Notes under the pieces: generated by a model
Seen by the model: only the letters and a program-made list of their open reading frames with translations
Databases searched by the model: none
Told to the model about the DNA's origin: nothing
Position numbers and translations under genes: made by a program
Assembly: GCA_965662895.1 (NCBI GenBank)
Contig: CBFIJH010000010.1
Span: 1-64,000, forward strand
Direction of reading: 5' to 3'
Length of the DNA: 64,000 bases
Source of the DNA: Candidatus Poseidoniaceae archaeon
Lineage (GTDB): Archaea; Thermoplasmatota; Poseidoniia; Poseidoniales; Poseidoniaceae
Shown: in pieces, positions 57,665-64,000 of the stretch
Position numbering within the stretch: the stretch's first letter is position 1
Layout: each line of letters opens with the position of its first letter

Positions 57665-58939
57665 TCAGGTTCCGATGGTGTAATCATCCTGATAGGCGAT
57701 TTGGGCATCGGTTAGTTTGTCGATTCGGAAGCCAAGTGTTGCGAGTTTTGTTGTTGCAAGTTCTTCATCTTGCTCTCTGGTAATATCGTAGACTTCAGGA
57801 CCCATCGAACTCCCGTCTTTTGCGAGACGGCAAAGAGAGAGGAACTGATTTGCAAACGACATGTCCATCACCTCTGAAGGATGTCCTTCAGCAGCGGCAA
57901 GATTGACCAGACGACCCCGTGCAAGCAAGAAGATTCGACGACCATCAGGCATGAGGAATTCTTCGTTATCTTGTCGAATGGTGCGGACAGATTCAGCCTG
58001 TGCTTCCAAATCTGTAATTTTTATTTCACAATCGTAATGCCCTGTATTGCAGACAATTGCTCCGTCTTTCATAACGGCAAAGTGACGATCAACAATGATG
58101 TCTTCCATACCGGTTGCTGTACAGAAGATGTCACCCAAGGCTGCTGCTTCATCCATTGGCATAACACGGTATCCGTCCATAACAGCACGTAGTGCTGCAA
58201 GGGGGTCAACTTCAGTGACAATCACGTTCGCTCCAAGCCCTTGAGCACGCATAGCAACACCTTTTGCACAATGCCCATATCCTGCAACAACCATGGTTTT
58301 TCCTGCAATCAATACTGAGGTCGCTCGCAAGATACCGTCCATTGTTGATTGGCCTGTCCCATAGACGTTATCAAAATCCCATTTTGTAATGGCGTCATTG
58401 ACAGCTATGACAGGGTACTTGAGATCACCTGCAGCAGCCATAGCTCGAAGACGATGTACACCAGTTGTTGTCTCTTCAGTTCCACCGATGACACCTTCAG
58501 CATATTCTGAGCGGTCACCATGAACCCGAACAATCAAGTCTGCACCATCATCAAGAGTCAGCGTCGGTTTGAACTCGAGCGTCTTATCGATGCACCAATA
58601 GAAGTCATCAACACTTTGTCCGTGCCATGCATAAACTGAGTATCCTTCACGAGCAAGCCAAGCAGCGACGTCATCTTGTGTCGAGAGAGGGTTGCAGCCA
58701 GACCAGGAGAGTTCCGCACCTGCTGCTGCTATCGTCTCGATGAGGACAGCCGTTTCTTTGGTCACGTGAAGGCATCCAGCCACTCGCATGCCAGCGAGCG
58801 GCTTGCTTCGTTCTGCTTCTTCTCTTAAGGCAGAAAGCACCGGCATTCTTGAGCGTGCCCAGTCAACTCTCAGTGATCCTTCTTCAGCAAGCTCAATGTC
58901 TCGGACAGCGTAGCCGTCACCGGTATCCAAACCTTCCAT
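57665..58939 (-). CDS. ahcY: adenosylhomocysteinase
   Basis: GCLHVTKETA, CNPLSTQD, LDDGADL, EETTTGV, KWDFDNVYGTG, GRLVNL, GHPSEVMDMSF. Confidence 0.96.
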   Translation of the reverse strand: MEGLDTGDGYAVRDIELAEEGSLRVDWARSRMPVLSALREEAERSKPLAGMRVAGCLHVTKETAVLIETIAAAGAELSWSGCNPLSTQDDVAAWLAREGYSVYAWHGQSVDDFYWCIDKTLEFKPTLTLDDGADLIVRVHGDRSEYAEGVIGGTEETTTGVHRLRAMAAAGDLKYPVIAVNDAITKWDFDNVYGTGQSTMDGILRATSVLIAGKTMVVAGYGHCAKGVAMRAQGLGANVIVTEVDPLAALRAVMDGYRVMPMDEAAALGDIFCTATGMEDIIVDRHFAVMKDGAIVCNTGHYDCEIKITDLEAQAESVRTIRQDNEEFLMPDGRRIFLLARGRLVNLAAAEGHPSEVMDMSFANQFLSLCRLAKDGSSMGPEVYDITREQDEELATTKLATLGFRIDKLTDAQIAYQDDYTIGT

Positions 58940-59000
58940 AACCTGCCCGGTCGTTTGGGGTTTTTCAACCCATCTTCACGACCATGGGGCTTTGGGGAGG

Positions 59001-62000
59001 CTATTGTTGCTGTTGCGCTTGAGCAGCATATTGTTGAGCATACTGTGCAGCCGTTGCCTCATCGTAACCTTGCGCTACGAACTGTTGGTAGTACTGATTG
59101 TAGTATTGCGTGTACAAATCATTGCTCGCAGCGGGTGCAGCAGCAGCGGCAGGAGCCGCAGCAGCCTGTCCAACATACTGAGCGGCATAAGCTCGTGCGG
59201 TTTCCTCAGGATATCCTTGAGCAATCAATTGTTGCACATACTGTTCAGTCATGTCCATCTCTTGTCCATAACCAGCAGCAGCTGCACTCAAGTTGTCGAT
59301 CTTCTCGCCGCTACCTCCACGGAGGAAGAGTACGGAAACAACGAGGAGCACCAAGACTGAGGCGATGATTCCTATGATGAGCATCATGCTATCGTCTTCT
59401 GTTTCTTCGCTTGATTGTTCGTTGTTTGACTGTTCAGTCCACTCGCCGGTTTCTGGGTCGTAGGTCCAATCACCATTTTCTGAAATCCAATCACACTGCA
59501 AGGTGGTAGTGTTCCAAACGAAACCACCGCCGGCAAGGGCAGCGCTTGAATTGGCAAGAACGCCACGACAGATACTCAATTTCACTCCTACCGACTTGGT
59601 AAGGTTGTCCGACCAACGCTCGTCATCACCTTCGTACACTCGAACCCAAATCTCTACTACTTCGCTTGTGTTGCTGTATCGGTCGCCGATGAAGAGCGAC
59701 AATTCGAACGATTCTGAGTCGGAAAGAGCTTCCGTTCGGTCAAATCTGTTGTTGGATTGAAGATTGTACTTCTCAATTGCAGATGCTTTGAAATCATCCT
59801 TGTTGAATGCTGCTTCAACATAGACTTCACCAGTTTCAGAACCTGAGAGTATGGTTCCAGTAATGGTGTAGGTTTGATCGGAAACAAATCCGGACTCATT
59901 TGAGAAATCATCGTATTGGACTTCAGGCATTTCATCACCAAAACCATCAGGAACGACGACGAAATACATTCTGTATTTGTCAGAGAATTTGCCGGATGCG
60001 TCGTAAACGCGCAGTTCCATACGGATTTGAGACTCCGCTGTTCCTGAATCATCGACGGTTACGTTCTTGAATCTGTAGGAGAAGAGTCCATTGCTTGCAG
60101 CGGTTTCCTCGAATGTGTGACCTTCCAAATTGAACGATGTGTCACCATAAGGCGCATCAAAGAAGATCTTCCATTCGTAGGTGACAATACCGTTGCTTCC
60201 GTCGATAGCGTCCGCATCGAAGGATTCACTAGCATCAAAGTGAACAACAAGTTCACCAGATTCAGGTAAAATGATTCGGTTGACGTCCCATTCCGCGCTC
60301 GATACGGTCTTCGTTCCAGTGAACTCAATGTTGTCAACATACTCATCTCGCATGTCAATGCTCATGTTTGCTTCAGGTGCAAATGCATCGGCCAGTACAT
60401 CGTTTGTTTCAACAACTACCGAGATGATTCGAGCGTGACCTGCCTCATCATGAAGCATGAGCGTCACAGTCCATTGCGCACCCTGGAGACAACCTGTTGC
60501 TGAAGACAGGTCGGTCTTACAGAAGGTTGCTGTCGGGGACGCTTCGGAGATATGATCGGTTCCAGTCGCCATCGTCTGTCCCATCCAGTCGGTTGGGCCA
60601 TCAAGAATCCAGTCTGCAGTTAATGGTACAGAGGTCCCTGTCATGTAAGCGAAATTGACCGTCGCATCGCTCTTCATGTAATGCGTTGCGTATCCACCGG
60701 TCGATGGGTCGATACCTGGCATCTCATCGTCAATTTTGAGGCCAAGATCTTGTCCCATCGAGCCAAAGCCTTCAGGATACGGCGTTACTGAGAATTCCAA
60801 CATGTTTCCGAGAAGCGGGAAGGTTGTGCTGTCGGCTCGTGAGGAATACGTTGCAACATCGATGGTCGAGACAATCATACCACCTTGGTAGTAGCTGCAC
60901 GTACCCATAATGACGTCTTTGCTGTTTTCGCTTGTTCTCAAGAGGCTCTGGAAGTATCCACCGTCCTCCATGTAACCGTTGCAAACACCAGGAACATTCT
61001 GTGTGCTGACCGAGTTCGTATTGAGAACCGCAGTTGCAACCGTTCCATCGCCCTCAAATCCTTGGAAGGCTGTCGTTGAAACGTTGTCCATGATTGGGTG
61101 GAACGGATCAGCGATGTCGAGACCTGTGTACAGAATCTTCGTTCCGGGTGTGTCTCGGCTCTGAACGTCCATTCCGAACGGCAATCGACCGTTCAATCCG
61201 ACATCAAGACCGTAAATTTGCGTACCTTGTGGACCAAGGTGTGCTTGGACGGTACCACCAGCGGACATGAACGACTCGAGAGTCTGTCGGTTGGCAGTTG
61301 ACCCCAATTTTTGATAATAGCCACGGCCACCGCTTTCAACGTCTTTCGCTGCTACATCATCCTGCCATGGAAGGAGAATCTTGTCGTAATGCGTCATCCA
61401 TCCAGAATCGAGATACGTGGTCCAATCGTTGATTGCAAACTGTGTGTAACTCATTCCTAGCGTTTGCAAGTCTTCCTTGATGGTGGAGGTTCGAGCGGTT
61501 GAATCGCTTAGGATAGCAACATCGATCTGATCGGCAAAGGTCGCGTGGAAATAACGAACGTTTCCACTCGGGTTTCCGTTTGCAAGTTCTGCGTGGAAGC
61601 TGATGTTGTAGGTATGGCCATCCATCCAATTGTTGAAGGAAGGGAACGTCAAATCAATTCGTTCGTTTGAGGCAAGTGCCGTGGTCGTCGAAGAGGATGA
61701 TGCTTGATGGACTTGCATTCCGTCAGTTTCGTCAAAGACCGTCATGTAGAACATGTAATCTCCGCCGAGCACTCCGTTTGTTGCCCTGAGGTCCCAACTG
61801 TGGGCTAGACTACCATCGATTGGTAGAACACACTCGTAGGTACCATCATCAAGACATGCAAGTGTGCTCGGTTTACCGAGCGTGATGTCGACAGATTCGA
61901 CGTTGAAAATCACCTGTTCGATGTTGTTCGAATCGCTCAACTCATTGTCACCAAACCAAGGGACTCCCGCTGTCGTGTTGTCAAAAATCGTTTCAGCACG

Positions 62001-64000
62001 AATCATGTAAACGCCTGAGAAGAATTCGTGGTTTGCAACGGTTGTGGTCGCAACGTCTTCTGCATCAACGTTGGTGCGGGACGTGGTGTAGGAGGCTTCT
62101 TCAAAGAACGTAAATTCTTGCAGTGTGATGTTGTTAAACGCCACACCCTTGAAGCCATCGTTGACCCCGTTTCGACCATCGCCATCGCTCTGGAATTCAA
62201 AGTTGATGTCAACCGTTGAACCTGCTAATGAGATGCACTCGCGGAACCACTGTAGGCTGTCGGCGGCTGTGTTGTTGAGAACATAAAGATGCGTCAAGTC
62301 AATGCTTCTGGTAAGTACAAGATCGTCTGTGTTGAAGAAAACGTTGTAATTTCCACCGGAGCCATCCGTGCTTGATGAATCGCCAATGAATGAGATTTCT
62401 GCTTGATTGACGGATTCGCTTGAGTTTGTTACCCCATCATCGTTGTCGTCGTTTCGGCATGTGCCATCCTCGTCGTAATCGTTCCACTGTCCGAGAAGAA
62501 CCGCTGAGTACGAATCTGAACCCTTGGTGAAGTCGACGTTAATCGATGCGTAGTCGTTCACGTCGACAATCGAGGTTCCATCGACATCGATACCATAGAA
62601 GGTGTCAGCGTAGTACTCGAAGTTCAACGAAACGAAATCTCCGGACATTCCTGTCAAATCGACGTTCGGAATTGTGAGCGTTTCATTTTCCCAGAGGTCG
62701 CCATAACCTTGCGTAGCAGTATCACAGGGGTGGCCAAACCAATACGCATTGTTGTTGAAGATTGGATCGTTGCACGTGGCTTCGTTGTAGATTGCTCCTT
62801 GTGGGTTGCCATCATCGCTGTAGACGTATCCTTCAGCTCCACCTTCGAACGATTCCTTACAGATAACCGCTGGTGCGCTACACAACACATCGGACGGTGT
62901 TGCAGAGAAGACTGTCGCTTCAATGTCAAAGTCAACCATGGTATTGCCCCAGTTGTTGGTGACAACATCGATGTCAAACAGCCCTTCAGCATACAATCCA
63001 CCAGGATTGAAGTACTCGATTCCTTCGATGGTAGGGTCGTAGAGGTTGAACGGTTGTACGTAGCCGATGATGTCATCGTTAACGGATTGCTCATCCCATG
63101 CATGATTGCTCAGTGTTGCTGAAATTCGGTAGATTGTATCGTTGAGTAGATTTGCAGAAATGTTTGCAGTCTCTGTTTCACCCGGCCCAAGATTCTGGAG
63201 ACTGAGTTGGCGCTGAAGCGTTTGTGGGTTCGGGAAATATGCAGTGTTCTGTTTGTAGATGGTAACGTTATCAATGGCATATCCATCACGACCGGTCCAC
63301 AGCGACTCGTTATCATCAGCGATGGAACCTTCAAACCCGGAACGGAGTCGGAAACGAATGTCGACCGTTTCACCGGCCCATGGTGAAAGATCGAATTCAC
63401 CGACGCCATCTTGCGTAAAGTTGTCCCATCCATAATATGTACCGGAGCTGTAGAGGCCGTAATAGTAGACACCTTCGGCGACACCTCCGATGCCGTTGAT
63501 CTTGAACGCCCGATCGTTGTCGTACCCGCCCCAAAGAGTGGAGCCTGAAAGACAAGCACCAGCAACTTGTGCAGAGGTTGGACATGCGATGACCGACCAT
63601 CCAGTTTCGTCAGACCCGACTTCAATCATCGCCACATCGTCCCATAGTTCTCCAATGAGCCATTGTCCAGTTGTAGCGTCAACAGAACCCAAGGCTCCAA
63701 AGCCAAGGTGGCGGAACAACTCAACGCTGAGGAAGGCTCGGTCAGAGCCAGTCAAATCAACATCTGTCAATGTCAAGGCATCGTCCCAATGTCGGCCGTA
63801 ACCAGACCAGAGGTCTCCACTGCTGTTGGTCTTGTATTCCCCTGCCCACATGAAGTCGGTTGGGTTCTGGTAGTTCGCAGATAGGTTCGGCGCGTTGTTT
63901 CCGTCGGTTGCACCCACGGAATTGTTCGTTTCAAGAATCCAGCTCGAGGATTGATCGACATACTCGTCAAAGGACCACGTACATCCTCCACCGCAACCTG
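59001..64000 (-). CDS. giant acidic cell-surface protein (>1660 aa, 5' end outside the window)
   Basis: Frame stays open from 63917 to the window end. Jelly-roll-like FDLSPWAGETVDIRFR segments, Ca-binding-like DxDxDG loops, PKD-like FDASESFDAD...VTYEW, a C-terminal TM and a Q/Y/A-rich tail. Confidence 0.8.
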   Translation of the reverse strand, partial: GCGGGCTWSFDEYVDQSSSWILETNNSVGATDGNNAPNLSANYQNPTDFMWAGEYKTNSSGDLWSGYGRHWDDALTLTDVDLTGSDRAFLSVELFRHLGFGALGSVDATTGQWLIGELWDDVAMIEVGSDETGWSVIACPTSAQVAGACLSGSTLWGGYDNDRAFKINGIGGVAEGVYYYGLYSSGTYYGWDNFTQDGVGEFDLSPWAGETVDIRFRLRSGFEGSIADDNESLWTGRDGYAIDNVTIYKQNTAYFPNPQTLQRQLSLQNLGPGETETANISANLLNDTIYRISATLSNHAWDEQSVNDDIIGYVQPFNLYDPTIEGIEYFNPGGLYAEGLFDIDVVTNNWGNTMVDFDIEATVFSATPSDVLCSAPAVICKESFEGGAEGYVYSDDGNPQGAIYNEATCNDPIFNNNAYWFGHPCDTATQGYGDLWENETLTIPNVDLTGMSGDFVSLNFEYYADTFYGIDVDGTSIVDVNDYASINVDFTKGSDSYSAVLLGQWNDYDEDGTCRNDDNDDGVTNSSESVNQAEISFIGDSSSTDGSGGNYNVFFNTDDLVLTRSIDLTHLYVLNNTAADSLQWFRECISLAGSTVDINFEFQSDGDGRNGVNDGFKGVAFNNITLQEFTFFEEASYTTSRTNVDAEDVATTTVANHEFFSGVYMIRAETIFDNTTAGVPWFGDNELSDSNNIEQVIFNVESVDITLGKPSTLACLDDGTYECVLPIDGSLAHSWDLRATNGVLGGDYMFYMTVFDETDGMQVHQASSSSTTTALASNERIDLTFPSFNNWMDGHTYNISFHAELANGNPSGNVRYFHATFADQIDVAILSDSTARTSTIKEDLQTLGMSYTQFAINDWTTYLDSGWMTHYDKILLPWQDDVAAKDVESGGRGYYQKLGSTANRQTLESFMSAGGTVQAHLGPQGTQIYGLDVGLNGRLPFGMDVQSRDTPGTKILYTGLDIADPFHPIMDNVSTTAFQGFEGDGTVATAVLNTNSVSTQNVPGVCNGYMEDGGYFQSLLRTSENSKDVIMGTCSYYQGGMIVSTIDVATYSSRADSTTFPLLGNMLEFSVTPYPEGFGSMGQDLGLKIDDEMPGIDPSTGGYATHYMKSDATVNFAYMTGTSVPLTADWILDGPTDWMGQTMATGTDHISEASPTATFCKTDLSSATGCLQGAQWTVTLMLHDEAGHARIISVVVETNDVLADAFAPEANMSIDMRDEYVDNIEFTGTKTVSSAEWDVNRIILPESGELVVHFDASESFDADAIDGSNGIVTYEWKIFFDAPYGDTSFNLEGHTFEETAASNGLFSYRFKNVTVDDSGTAESQIRMELRVYDASGKFSDKYRMYFVVVPDGFGDEMPEVQYDDFSNESGFVSDQTYTITGTILSGSETGEVYVEAAFNKDDFKASAIEKYNLQSNNRFDRTEALSDSESFELSLFIGDRYSNTSEVVEIWVRVYEGDDERWSDNLTKSVGVKLSICRGVLANSSAALAGGGFVWNTTTLQCDWISENGDWTYDPETGEWTEQSNNEQSSEETEDDSMMLIIGIIASVLVLLVVSVLFLRGGSGEKIDNLSAAAAGYGQEMDMTEQYVQQLIAQGYPEETARAYAAQYVGQAAAAPAAAAAPAASNDLYTQYYNQYYQQFVAQGYDEATAAQYAQQYAAQAQQQQ

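Noticed and set aside
1-64000. tRNA, rRNA, transposase, integrase or defence systems
   Set aside because: Intergenic gaps are short (under about 130 bp) with no cloverleaf seen, and no ORF has such motifs.

Overview
Gene-dense, moderate-GC archaeal chromosome segment. The gene content (archaeal aroA'/aroB'/GHMP aroK, purP, ribL and Gar1, alongside bacterial-type gpsA, metK and orn, plus many acidic secreted proteins and subtilases) suggests Marine Group II Euryarchaeota (Poseidoniales); this is inference. It holds about 47 CDSs, and I saw no rRNA, tRNA, CRISPR array or mobile element. Main finding: the apparent 'PhnD-PhnC-PhnE phosphonate' ABC operon (46657-49372) encodes a lipoprotein that aligns by eye motif-for-motif with a transferrin lobe, including all four Fe(III) ligands and the carbonate site. 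Its promoter TATA box is flanked by two DtxR/MntR-like palindromes, so it is a candidate iron-regulated archaeal transferrin-ABC uptake system. Other notable items: (1) a Gar1 domain fused to two RanBP2/FUS-like zinc fingers and an RGG tail; (2) a 4-hydroxybenzoyl-CoA reductase (HcrCAB)-like molybdoenzyme; (3) a recurrent non-canonical TT[CG]A[AT]-N23/24-start promoter pattern; (4) several bacterial-type enzymes. All family calls are from motif recognition by eye; no database search was run.
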